From an uncultured Spirochaetia bacterium (lineage in GTDB: Bacteria > Spirochaetota > JAHITG01 > CAZBCL01), in contig CAZBCL010000001.1 in assembly GCA_964490645.1 (NCBI GenBank), forward strand, positions 7,659 through 71,658: 64,000 nt of DNA, in the 5' to 3' direction. A program made the translations under genes and the position numbers. How positions within the stretch are numbered: the first letter of the stretch is position 1; every line of letters begins with the position of its first letter. The notes beneath the pieces were generated by a model that did no database searches, was not told where the DNA came from, and saw nothing but the letters and a program-made list of their open reading frames with translations. This document shows positions 1 to 9,456 of this stretch, in pieces.

Positions 1-676
1 TATTTGCTTCAGTAGTTTTCCCGATAAGACGATATGCCGCCGCAAGAAAGAACCGCACTTTCTGATTTTGCGGCATTAGGCGATACGCTTTCTCAAGGTG
101 AACAATACCGTCGGTCTGTTCCCCTGCATCCAATAATGTCAACCCCCAATAATAATGACAGTCTGCATGATCCGGCATGTGTTTATGTGCTTCCTGAAAT
201 AATTTCAGCGCTGATATTTGATCTTTCTGACTTGCATATATCCTTCCAAGATGTATTAAAACAGGAATATATCTCGGGTTCTCCTGATGAAGTTTTTTAA
301 ATACAATAAAGGCATCACGGATTTTATTCACACTTAAATCAATAAGCCCCAACCGCTCCATGATCACTGAACGGGATACCTTTGAGCTGAGAATATTATG
401 CTTTAGCATTGTCTGATAAACCCGTTTTGCACTGTCAAACGCTTTCGATCGTTCATACAGTTCCGCCAATCGCAACGGGTAATCAGCATTGCGCGGACGT
501 AAGGCAACTAATTTTTTTGCTTCAATAATAGCATTAATAAAATCCTTATTCTTTTCATACTCATTTAGTTTACGTTTATAGCGATCTTCACGCCCGCCAA
601 GTATATGCAGTGTAACCGCAATACCGGTGAGTATAACCGCGCCGGAGATTAACAATGCTAATACCATACCGCTCAT
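1..676 (-). CDS. TPR-repeat protein with N-terminal transmembrane anchor; partial, C-terminus lies beyond the window start
   Basis: Reverse-strand ATG at 676..674. The frame stays open to position 1 (not in the ORF track because no stop lies in the window). Translation begins MSGMVLALLISGAVILTGIAV (hydrophobic anchor) and continues with helical TPR-like repeats (LAELYERSKAFDSAKRVYQTML..., ISALKLFQEAHKHMPDHADCHYYWGLTLLDAG...). Confidence 0.5.
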   Translation of the reverse strand, partial: MSGMVLALLISGAVILTGIAVTLHILGGREDRYKRKLNEYEKNKDFINAIIEAKKLVALRPRNADYPLRLAELYERSKAFDSAKRVYQTMLKHNILSSKVSRSVIMERLGLIDLSVNKIRDAFIVFKKLHQENPRYIPVLIHLGRIYASQKDQISALKLFQEAHKHMPDHADCHYYWGLTLLDAGEQTDGIVHLEKAYRLMPQNQKVRFFLAAAYRLIGKTTEAN

Positions 677-716
677 TAATAGTATCATTATCATTACCGT
701 TATATTAATGTAGTAT

Positions 717-1640
717 TTAAAATAAATACTTTGAAAACACTATCCCTATTGTATGCGTTACTACTTGCAGAATCATATTATATTGTATTGCATAATCAAC
801 ATGAAATGCCTTCGTGCCGGCAGAGCCGCCGAATGAAATATTTTTCCCGTCAATACCGCTGCGTACCGCCATATGATGACTCATTGCATATTCTCCACCA
901 AACATAAATGACGTTCCACGATGTGCAAGCTGCTTTGAAAACCCCAATCCGACGCTGATAACATCGATACCCATTAATCGATATATATACCCGCATCGCA
1001 AAAGCGGATGCAGCGGACGAGGCTGTTTGTCTGCCATATCATACATAATGCCAATATCCGAAATGGTTATACCCACTGTCCCGCCGAGTATCGGCGGTTC
1101 AATATCTGCACCGACATCCCCTCCAATACCAAGACTTTGATATACTGATCCGTTTTCATAAATCCCTTTAATGCCAAATCCAATGCCAATCAGATCATCC
1201 TGCCGGGCATAAACAAATTCCGGTGCCGCGGACAAAAAAGTATATTCCCCATCGGGATTACCGGATGCATCATAGCCCTGAATACCGCCGGTATACATCC
1301 CTTTAACATAAAAGGCAGCAGCACGCTTGAAATTATAATCAACAAGCCATGCTCGCCCCGCTGCAAATGAATATCGATTATCCGGCTGCAATGAAGATGC
1401 AAGTATAATTTCGGAATGATTTAATTCGGTCAGTCCTGCAGGATTATACATTCCCGCATCAAGTGAGTTTATCATTGCACAGAACATGCCGCCCATGCCC
1501 GCCGCTTTTGCACCGTAGACCCCCTGTAAAAATGCTGCCGGTGCACCACCTGATTTACGGGTTGATAAAAGTTCACTCTGGTCGGCAAACACTAATACCG
1601 TAAAGAACAGTATACTGATAAATACACTAACCTGCTTCAT
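717..1640 (-). CDS. outer-membrane beta-barrel protein, possibly type IX secretion PorP/SprF family
   Basis: 307 aa with a signal peptide (MKQVSVFISILFFTVLVFA). Gly/aromatic-rich with alternating-strand character and a C-terminal aromatic (…SKYLF). The size fits PorP/SprF. It is immediately adjacent to a T9SS CTD-bearing protein, which is the typical PorP/SprF context. Confidence 0.45.
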   Translation of the reverse strand: MKQVSVFISILFFTVLVFADQSELLSTRKSGGAPAAFLQGVYGAKAAGMGGMFCAMINSLDAGMYNPAGLTELNHSEIILASSLQPDNRYSFAAGRAWLVDYNFKRAAAFYVKGMYTGGIQGYDASGNPDGEYTFLSAAPEFVYARQDDLIGIGFGIKGIYENGSVYQSLGIGGDVGADIEPPILGGTVGITISDIGIMYDMADKQPRPLHPLLRCGYIYRLMGIDVISVGLGFSKQLAHRGTSFMFGGEYAMSHHMAVRSGIDGKNISFGGSAGTKAFHVDYAIQYNMILQVVTHTIGIVFSKYLF

Positions 1641-1650
1641 ATATTCAATC

Positions 1651-2052
1651 TCATTTCACCAAAATACGACAACTGACAATATGCGTTCCGCCCAGTTCAA
1701 GAATAACTCGGCAGATATACAAACCGTTTGCCACTTCTCGCCCGAAGTCATTTTCACCCCCCCATGATAATTCAAGTTCATTGGTCCCCTGAATGACTGA
1801 TACATTTATTTCCTGCGCCCATACCGCTTCGCCGTTGATATCATATACCAATATCGTCATGGTCCCGGCAGCTGTTCCCGCAGCTTCAACGGTTGTTTTA
1901 ATCGTTGTTACTTCATTCTCATTATCAAAAGGGTTCGGATATGCATATATATCCGTAATGGCAAAATTTTGACGTGCAGCGATAATACCACCGCATACAG
2001 CGGCAATGATAATCATTCCTGCTATATATATAATCCACCGATGTTTTAACAC
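1651..2052 (-). CDS. small membrane-anchored protein ending in a T9SS-type C-terminal sorting domain (Por secretion CTD / FlgD-Ig-like)
   Basis: 133 aa. N-terminal TM segment (IIYIAGMIIIAAVCGGIIAA). C-terminal roughly 80 aa matches the T9SS CTD pattern (…TILVYDINGEAVWAQEINVSVIQGTNELELSWGG…ANGLYICRVILELGGTHIVSCRILVK, ending in Lys). Confidence 0.5.
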   Translation of the reverse strand: MLKHRWIIYIAGMIIIAAVCGGIIAARQNFAITDIYAYPNPFDNENEVTTIKTTVEAAGTAAGTMTILVYDINGEAVWAQEINVSVIQGTNELELSWGGENDFGREVANGLYICRVILELGGTHIVSCRILVK

Positions 2053-2279
2053 ATACTTCTCCGAATACTATTATTCGATAATATCATCTATCGTAATATG
2101 AAAACTATCACGACCATTATAGCCTGTCAAGTAAAGTCGGTTTTCCGGCGGCAGATAATAATTAATAGCATGAGCAGTTAACGTATGCCCGAACTTGGCA
2201 GTAATTACAGTATTATTCTTTTTAATAAAACACGTAGTATATATTGACACTGAAGAATATTTTATTACATTAATGAGTA

Positions 2280-3161
2280 ATGGCTAAAGACAATAAACAA
2301 CCTATGTCCAATTTCGCATATAGTGCGCTTGTAATAATACTGCTTTGTATCGTACTCATCGGATGTGTGCAACAGCATTCATCGGATGAAAACGTTCTGA
2401 CCGTTGCGGTCAGTATTGCACCGCATAAATATATCGTCAATCGAATCGCCGGCAATACCGTTCAGGTCATTGTACTGATACCGCCCGGCGCAAATCCGGC
2501 AACATATGAACCATCTCAAAAACAAATACAGCGCCTTGAGCATACTGCACTGTATATCACAGTCGGTGTCCCGTCATTTCCGTTTGAACATACATGGCGT
2601 AATACCATTGTCAGCCATAATAAAAGCATGATGATTGTTGATACGTCCCGCGGTATACAATTACTCCCCGACGATTCGCATACCTGGACATCACCCCGTG
2701 CAATGAAAATGCAGGCATTGCATATCTTAAATGCTCTGATAACACTGAATCCTGACTATACTGAATTGTATGAGAAAAACTTTACACAATTGCAAACTGA
2801 TATTGATACACTGCATCATACTATCAGCAACCGTCTCAGTACCGTTTCAAAAAAACAATTCATCGTCTTTCATCCCGCATGGGGATATTTTGCACATGAT
2901 TACGGTTTACAACAAATTGCCATTGAACATGAACATAAAAGCCCCGGTTTTGCATACATGGAAGAAATAACAGCACTGATTCAATCAGAACATATTTCAG
3001 CATTGTTTGTCCAACCGCAATTTGATACCCGTCATGCCCATACGATTGCTGATAGCGCCGGCATACCGGTCATTATGACACATCCACTTGCTGAAAACTG
3101 GATTGAATCTCTTGACACATTCAGTAAAAACCTTGCTGAGGCATTACAATCACATGAATAA
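2280..3161 (+). CDS. znuA: zinc/manganese ABC transporter substrate-binding lipoprotein (ZnuA/TroA family, cluster 9 SBP)
   Basis: Signal peptide plus lipobox (LIGC). Conserved SBP9 motifs (HPAWGYFAHDYGL; PQFDTRHAHTIADSAGIPV). Followed by ABC ATPase and permease genes. Confidence 0.8.
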   Translation: MAKDNKQPMSNFAYSALVIILLCIVLIGCVQQHSSDENVLTVAVSIAPHKYIVNRIAGNTVQVIVLIPPGANPATYEPSQKQIQRLEHTALYITVGVPSFPFEHTWRNTIVSHNKSMMIVDTSRGIQLLPDDSHTWTSPRAMKMQALHILNALITLNPDYTELYEKNFTQLQTDIDTLHHTISNRLSTVSKKQFIVFHPAWGYFAHDYGLQQIAIEHEHKSPGFAYMEEITALIQSEHISALFVQPQFDTRHAHTIADSAGIPVIMTHPLAENWIESLDTFSKNLAEALQSHE

Positions 3162-3924
3162 ACCAGCTGTATATCCTCCGATACATATTGAAAATATGTC
3201 GGTGCAATTAGGTACGGTACGTATTCTTGAAAATATTAATATTACTGTTGAAACAAATGATTTTATTGCCATTATTGGTCCAAACGGCGGAGGGAAAACA
3301 ACTTTATTAAAAACAATACTTGGACTTATTACACCCCTTTCAGGATCACTTGCACTTTGGGGGCACGCACCGAAAGTAACACGCCGGCATATCGGATATG
3401 TTCCGCAGATAATACATACTCCTGCCGCTTTCCCGATATCCGTATGGGAAACCGTTGCACTCGGCCGTTTATATCATCACCGAACCGGTCAAAAGTTGAC
3501 TGATCATGATAATACGGTTATTCAGCAATCTTTAGAGAGCGTCGGATTGTATAATAAACGTGATACTCCAATAGAAATCCTTTCAGGAGGTGAACGCCGA
3601 CGGGTCTATATTGCACGTGCACTTGCCACTGAACCGAAACTCCTCCTCCTTGATGAACCAACTGCAAATATTGATGCACAAACCGTAAATGACATTTATG
3701 CATTATTTAAGGAACTCAATGAAACGATACCTATTGTTATTGTATCACATGATTTAACCGGTATAACAACACATGTAAAAACAATTGCCTGTCTTAATAG
3801 AAAACTGTTTTACCATAATTCAAAAGAACTCACCGGCACGATGATCAATCAAACATACGGCTGTCCGGTTGATTTAATCGCACATGGTCTGCCGCATCGC
3901 GTTTTAGGTCATCACGAACAATGA
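3154..3924 (+). CDS. znuC: zinc ABC transporter ATP-binding protein
   Basis: Walker A GPNGGGKTTLLK, ABC signature LSGGERRRV, Walker B LLLLDEP. The track ORF starts at 3088, but the in-frame ATG at 3154 (MNKPAVYPP…) overlaps the znuA stop by 8 nt and is the likely start. Confidence 0.85.
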   Translation: MNKPAVYPPIHIENMSVQLGTVRILENINITVETNDFIAIIGPNGGGKTTLLKTILGLITPLSGSLALWGHAPKVTRRHIGYVPQIIHTPAAFPISVWETVALGRLYHHRTGQKLTDHDNTVIQQSLESVGLYNKRDTPIEILSGGERRRVYIARALATEPKLLLLDEPTANIDAQTVNDIYALFKELNETIPIVIVSHDLTGITTHVKTIACLNRKLFYHNSKELTGTMINQTYGCPVDLIAHGLPHRVLGHHEQ

Positions 3925-3940
3925 TAAAGGATTCACACTA

Positions 3941-4768
3941 ATGGAATTATTTGAAAGCAGCTTCTTATTCAATTCATTGAGTGCCGCACTGCTTGCAAGT
4001 ATTGCAGCGGGGATTATCGGCACCTATGTTGTTGTCAAACGCCTTGTATTCATTACCGGCGGAATCGCACATAGCTGCTATGGAGGTATCGGGCTTGGAT
4101 ACTTCCTCGGAATCCCTCCCATGATTGGTGCGGCGGGTTTCGGGCTGCTTTCATCGTTTATTATTGGTGCGGCAAACCGCCGTTTACAACAAAACGCTGA
4201 TACCGTCATTGGTGTACTGTGGGCAGCCGGCATGGCAATTGGTATGATTTTTATTTATCTGACACCGGGATATGCCCCTGATTTAATGTCATACCTTTTC
4301 GGGAATATTATCCTCATTCAATCAAGCGACCTCGTTATTATTGGTATTACCGATATCGTAATTGTCGGTCTTGTTATTTTATTATATCGCGAGTTTAGAG
4401 CAATCCTATTTGATGAAGAATTTGCAACAGTCGGCAACCTGCCCGTTGGCTTTTTATATATGCTGCTCCTTGCGCTTATCGGCATTACCGTTGTTTTATT
4501 AGTTCGTATCATCGGCATCATTATGGCAATCGCTCTGCTGACCATTCCTGCCGCCACTGCACGCCTCTTTACGCATCGTCTTTCAACAATGATGGTTATT
4601 GCCGTACTGCTGAGTGCTGTTTTTAGTGCCGGGGGATTGTTATTGTCATTTTTCCTCGAAAAAGCCGGCGTGAGTATACAGGCAACTCCCGTTATAATTT
4701 TAACCGCAAGTATCACCTACGGCATCACTGCAATCATTGCCGCCAAGAAAACAAGAACCGCCCGATAA
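3941..4768 (+). CDS. znuB: zinc ABC transporter permease (ABC-3 family)
   Basis: 275 aa polytopic membrane protein (8-9 predicted TM) immediately downstream of the ATPase. Typical ABC-3 permease composition. Confidence 0.8.
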   Translation: MELFESSFLFNSLSAALLASIAAGIIGTYVVVKRLVFITGGIAHSCYGGIGLGYFLGIPPMIGAAGFGLLSSFIIGAANRRLQQNADTVIGVLWAAGMAIGMIFIYLTPGYAPDLMSYLFGNIILIQSSDLVIIGITDIVIVGLVILLYREFRAILFDEEFATVGNLPVGFLYMLLLALIGITVVLLVRIIGIIMAIALLTIPAATARLFTHRLSTMMVIAVLLSAVFSAGGLLLSFFLEKAGVSIQATPVIILTASITYGITAIIAAKKTRTAR

Positions 4769-5037
4769 TTCCCGATTTTATTAATAAACCCTCAGATATA
4801 ATACTATTCGATAGAGCATACCATGCAGATACTCAAACGTCGTATATAATCATTTGTCCCCGTATTGACAGTACTCTATGAAGGGGCATAACGTAGAGTG
4901 CTCTATTAATACAATTATTATCAGTAATGAATGTATAAACGAGATATGTATATCTTGCCTGTATCGTGAGGACACTACTATAACGTCTGTATCGCAGTAC
5001 AGCGTATTTCCCTATATTTCATATTCGTACAGCAGTG

Positions 5038-5991
5038 TTACGAATCGGAAATACCGTTTTCCGCCAGCCAATTCCCTGCATCAATCGCCGCCGCGCAACC
5101 CATACCGGCGGATGTTATCGCTTGCTGATACAAAGCATCAACGCAATCACCGGCAGCAAAAATACCTTCAACTGACGTACGGCTGTGATCTGATACAATA
5201 ATATATTTCTTTTCATTCAGATCAACGACCCCGTGTAAAAACTCTGTAGCCGGAATATGTCCGATACCAAAGAACACCCCATCAATATCCATATCACGTT
5301 CTTCATCTGTTTTGGTATCTTTCAATCGAACACCGGTTACTTTCCCTTTTTCAATATCATAAATATCTGCAAGAACAGAATTCCATAACACTTCAATTTT
5401 ATTATTTGCCGCAACACGATCCGCCATAATACGCGAAGCGCGTAATTGATCCCGCCGATGCACCATATACACTTTTTCAGCAAACCGCGTTAAAAAAAGA
5501 GCTTCTTCGGCAGCACTGTCTCCGCCACCGACAACAATAACCTTTTTCCCCTTATAAAAAAAACCATCACAGGTAGCACATGCACTGACACCGTGCCCCA
5601 TCAGTGCATCAACTGCCGGCAGCGGCAACAGACGCGCACGAGCTCCCGTTGCAATAATAATTGAACGTGCTTTAATCTGTGTTTCATCAGTAAGCGTAAT
5701 AATAAATCCTTCTTTGATGGGATCATCCGGCACTTGTATACTCTGCACCGATCCCGAATGAAATTGCGTGCCAAATCGTTCAGCCTGCGTGGTCATATTT
5801 TCGATTAACTGCGGTCCCATAATCCCTTCATGAAACCCGGGAAAGTTCTCAACATCATTCGTTATCATAAGCTGCCCGCCGGCAGATACGCCCTTTATAA
5901 CTAAGGGGACAAACTCACTGCGCGCGGCATAAATCGCCGCAGTAAGCCCTGCCGGTCCCGAACCGATTATTACAATGTTATAGGTTTTCAT
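5038..5991 (-). CDS. trxB: thioredoxin-disulfide reductase
   Basis: FAD-binding motif IIGSGPAGLTAAIYAAR, redox-active CATCDG motif, NADPH-binding GGGDSAAEEA, and a length of 317 aa. Confidence 0.9.
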   Translation of the reverse strand: MKTYNIVIIGSGPAGLTAAIYAARSEFVPLVIKGVSAGGQLMITNDVENFPGFHEGIMGPQLIENMTTQAERFGTQFHSGSVQSIQVPDDPIKEGFIITLTDETQIKARSIIIATGARARLLPLPAVDALMGHGVSACATCDGFFYKGKKVIVVGGGDSAAEEALFLTRFAEKVYMVHRRDQLRASRIMADRVAANNKIEVLWNSVLADIYDIEKGKVTGVRLKDTKTDEERDMDIDGVFFGIGHIPATEFLHGVVDLNEKKYIIVSDHSRTSVEGIFAAGDCVDALYQQAITSAGMGCAAAIDAGNWLAENGISDS

Positions 5992-6138
5992 TATTATCTC
6001 CGCGTTTTATGTTATGTATTAAATTAATATCATTTCAATCAATTAGCAAGCTGTTCGGCTGATTTTATTAATTGAATTCTTCATAAAAAACAGAAAGAAA
6101 GTATACCATGATACCTGCATTACAGTAGTTGTTGCAGA

Positions 6139-6486
6139 TTATTGGAATAATCTTTCAATTTCCAATATGCTTTTTATACATTGATTGACTGATTGCGGAT
6201 TGTTTGACAAACGTTCGCATTTTTTCAGAAATGTATTTTTATTAAACTTAAATTGATTTACATCTTTTAAAAATAAATCGCTTACAAAAACATCTAATGC
6301 ACGTGCAATTTTCTCAATTGTAAATATTGTAATATTTGTATTTCCTCGTTCAATTTCACCGAGATACGCTGCTCCAAGATCAGCTTTTTCTGCAAGAGCT
6401 TCAATAGTTATATTATTGCTTTTCCGGTACTTTCTGATATTATTTCCGACAAGTCTTGCCAAACCTGATGATGTTTTGCGGGTCAT
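6139..6486 (-). CDS. XRE-family helix-turn-helix transcriptional regulator
   Basis: HTH_XRE signature (…IRKYRKSNNITIEALAEKADLGAAYLGEIERGNTNITIFTIEKIARALDV). The track ORF begins at 6543, but the internal ATG at 6486 (MTRKTSSG…) gives a typical XRE N-terminus. Confidence 0.7.
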   Translation of the reverse strand: MTRKTSSGLARLVGNNIRKYRKSNNITIEALAEKADLGAAYLGEIERGNTNITIFTIEKIARALDVFVSDLFLKDVNQFKFNKNTFLKKCERLSNNPQSVNQCIKSILEIERLFQ

Positions 6487-6717
6487 CCTTATTAAAACTC
6501 CCAGTTTAAATATTATTTTACTATAATTAAAACCACTTTCCACTTCTTATAACGAATAATATTGTCATATATACTTGACATATTGACTATTTTTATATAT
6601 TGTATTCAATATACAGGTTATTATAACTATTAATGATAGATATAGTAATGAATATAAACTTGTATTAAATTTTCTTAATTGACCTTTTAATACAAGCAAT
6701 CCTGTGAGGAGAACTAC

Positions 6718-7182
6718 ATGAAAACATTTTTATACATTATTACTATTGTATTAATTCTATTAACAACATCATGTGCCCCAAAAATTCGATTAGAAAATCA
6801 GACAGGGTATAATGGGGATTATATTATGGATGCAATGTCAATTTATTATTATAATGCAAAGGGATATGTTCAAGATATGAAGTTTTCATTTAATAATTCC
6901 GAACAGCTTTCCTTAAAAACATTAAATGTGGGAGAAAAAAGTGATTACGTAAAATGTGAAGCGGGGAAATTATCAGCAACACAATATACATATTATACAT
7001 TTGATCCAAATGAATATTATAATGCAACATCTGAAGAAACGTTAGGTGAATACAAAAAACTAAAGCGCATGAAAAAATATACATATTCTTTAAGAATGGG
7101 AACTCATGATTCAATATCCAGTCCGACATCATTGCACTATATTATTGAAGAAGAGCCTGCCGGCATTGGTATCTTTAAGTAA
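6718..7182 (+). CDS. hypothetical lipoprotein
   Basis: GAGGAG RBS 8 nt upstream. Signal peptide with lipobox (LLTTSC). No recognisable domain. Confidence 0.45.
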   Translation: MKTFLYIITIVLILLTTSCAPKIRLENQTGYNGDYIMDAMSIYYYNAKGYVQDMKFSFNNSEQLSLKTLNVGEKSDYVKCEAGKLSATQYTYYTFDPNEYYNATSEETLGEYKKLKRMKKYTYSLRMGTHDSISSPTSLHYIIEEEPAGIGIFK

Positions 7183-7262
7183 GAAATAGTGAATGGATGA
7201 AAGCAAAATAATAATGATGGAAAAGCATCTTCAAGCAATAAGCGTAATTATTGTAATTCTGA

Positions 7263-7817
7263 TTAAAAATAATACACTGATGTCAGGTAAATACTGCAAT
7301 ATGATTTCTTATAAAACAACGGTTTAAACCAATGCTGTTCATCATCGGTAAGGAAATAATTATATCGAATACCGGCTGAAAGCATCAAATCCCGCCATAT
7401 ATTAAACTCATATCCTGTGCCGGTGTTAATATAGTAATTCAATTCATCTTCTTTACCAAGAACCCCCGCACCGGTATCAAAGTGCCAATTCCAATACCAC
7501 TGAATATAACTTAAAAACTCAAATACCGTATACCATACTGCCGGCGAAGCTGCGGATGAATAAAAATTACCTCCGATTTCTATTAAAGCGCCGTTATAAA
7601 ACAATCCGTTATTTTCTTTTCCGAGCATGCGATACAATAATCCGCCACCGAACGTGGTATTCCCGTCACAAAAGACTATTGTTTCGGTTGAGATCCCCAA
7701 ACCAAGAGTACTATCAGGAAAACGATTGACCCCGAGCGAAGGCGCTTGTGCTAAACAGGGGGGTATGACACAAGCTATTCCGATAAAAAGTAAATAATAA
7801 CGTATGTTCATATTCAT
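7263..7817 (-). CDS. hypothetical secreted protein
   Basis: N-terminal signal peptide (MNMNIRYYLLFIGIACVIPPCLA). Aromatic/Gly-rich, 184 aa. Confidence 0.4.
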   Translation of the reverse strand: MNMNIRYYLLFIGIACVIPPCLAQAPSLGVNRFPDSTLGLGISTETIVFCDGNTTFGGGLLYRMLGKENNGLFYNGALIEIGGNFYSSAASPAVWYTVFEFLSYIQWYWNWHFDTGAGVLGKEDELNYYINTGTGYEFNIWRDLMLSAGIRYNYFLTDDEQHWFKPLFYKKSYCSIYLTSVYYF

Positions 7818-8023
7818 ACTCTAATAGTATACTGAAATTACGAAAAATGAAAAATATACTGTTGTATTCGGTTATATTTCTCCGGCAGTGCTGCCGAATG
7901 TATCAGTCCGTATCATACTCTAACAACTACTGCAGAATTAAATACCGCCTGCCGGAATTACGTACGATATAATAATATTTTACATGTTATTCCAACGCTC
8001 AGTTCAAATACTGATTATTATTA

Positions 8024-8395
8024 TCAGGAGCCGCGCATAAACCGTATCATATCAAATAAACCGAGCGGCTTTTCTTGTATTTCAGCTTTCAGCATTGTTA
8101 CCATTGCCTGAGCTTTAACATAATCATGTTCATCAATCATCAGTAGTATTCGTGTTGCATCCAGTTCTTCTTTTTGGCGGATATGCATGATAACATCAAT
8201 ACCATTACCGGGAGGGCAGACATAATCAATGATTGCAAAATTCGGGTGAAATCCCGATTTAATTACATTTCTGCATTCTTGTGCAGTGGAACAGAGCTGA
8301 TAAGTTACTTTTAACTTCATCTGCAAGGCATGAAACTGACGCATTTGTATTTCTTTATCAGGGCTGCATAATAATATATTCATTAACACTCCCAT
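8024..8395 (-). CDS. stand-alone atypical (possibly pseudo-) receiver domain protein
   Basis: Aligns to CheY-like receivers: phospho-acceptor Asp in AIIDYV and a KP motif in EIQEKP. The N-terminal acidic pair is replaced (LLCSPD versus VVDDF) and the conserved Thr/Ser is Ile (LLMID). Confidence 0.4.
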   Translation of the reverse strand: MGVLMNILLCSPDKEIQMRQFHALQMKLKVTYQLCSTAQECRNVIKSGFHPNFAIIDYVCPPGNGIDVIMHIRQKEELDATRILLMIDEHDYVKAQAMVTMLKAEIQEKPLGLFDMIRFMRGS

Positions 8396-8596
8396 ACTGT
8401 TACTGTGTTAATTAACCCACAGTATATATATAATCAATACCATCATTCCCAATATCTCAACCAGCATTCGAATATATAATAAGAATAATTCATTAAAATC
8501 AATAATGCAATATAAAACTTTCATATTTTTTTGTCATAAATGACGATTTTTTTTACCTTAATAATCAATACAGCAAATCAGAAAGGAGTTATCCGT

Positions 8597-9355
8597 ATGA
8601 ATGACAACAATAGAACCGTATACTATCTTATTCTATGCAGCATCATACTTATGTTATCCGCATGTGCTGAAATAACTCACCATAATTATCATACTGATTT
8701 TTATAATCAAATGCAGGTGAAAAGCATTGTTCGTGAATATGTTCATCTTTCATTACTCACCAATAAATCACACCATGAAAGACTTTGTCTTTACGCACAT
8801 CCCGGTCGATTATCTGAACGTACCATCACCAATACAATTATTCGATTATGGAATATATGTTCGACTGCAACAAATAATAGTTATACTATACGAAAAATAA
8901 TTGTTTATTATCCGCCATTAATAAGCACCATACCAATACAACCCTCACCGAAAAAAAACGCATTTAACCCAAACGGCGGGGTATTGTTTTCATATAACGG
9001 CAGAAAATTCCTCCTGAACCGTTATTCTGTTGTACATGATCTGTACCGCCAGAAAATCACCGCTTCCCGTATTGCAGCTATTGTAAAACCGAAGTCACAG
9101 AGCATTGAACTTCATAATCGGTGCAAATACATAACCGTCCGTTTAAAGCCGAACCACCTCAGATTATATAAAAAGGGCAGCGGAAAAATTGGCGATACCT
9201 CAGAAATCAAAAATATTATTTCTCCACGTATTTCTCCACACAAGCTGATTACTCTTGCGCCGGGCGAGTCAATAAACATTTCCTTAAAAGATAATCTGCC
9301 GATTGAATCAATTAACGGGTACTATGCGCAAATAGCAAAAGTCATTGTACAATAA
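8597..9355 (+). CDS. hypothetical lipoprotein
   Basis: AAAGGAG RBS at 8582-8588. Start MNDNNRTVYYLILCSIILMLSAC (lipobox). The track ORF starts upstream at 8540 without an RBS. Confidence 0.45.
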   Translation: MNDNNRTVYYLILCSIILMLSACAEITHHNYHTDFYNQMQVKSIVREYVHLSLLTNKSHHERLCLYAHPGRLSERTITNTIIRLWNICSTATNNSYTIRKIIVYYPPLISTIPIQPSPKKNAFNPNGGVLFSYNGRKFLLNRYSVVHDLYRQKITASRIAAIVKPKSQSIELHNRCKYITVRLKPNHLRLYKKGSGKIGDTSEIKNIISPRISPHKLITLAPGESINISLKDNLPIESINGYYAQIAKVIVQ

Positions 9356-9456
9356 TAGTATTATCCATAAATCATCACGTATGCGAATGACAGTATCCCT
9401 ACTGCAGAGTATTAAAGGAATATTGCATATGACGGCAATAATGGTATACTATACCA

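Noticed and set aside
34-300. 88-aa + strand ORF at the window start
   Set aside because: It lies antisense to a longer, well-behaved minus-strand TPR-protein frame that runs from 676 to the window edge. It has no RBS and odd composition.
3088-3153. Upstream extension of the znuC ORF (track start 3088)
   Set aside because: It would overlap znuA by 74 nt. The ATG at 3154 gives the canonical ABC ATPase N-terminus and a 8-nt stop/start overlap.
4318-4716. 132-aa minus-strand ORF
   Set aside because: Entirely antisense inside the znuB permease gene. This is a typical shadow ORF.
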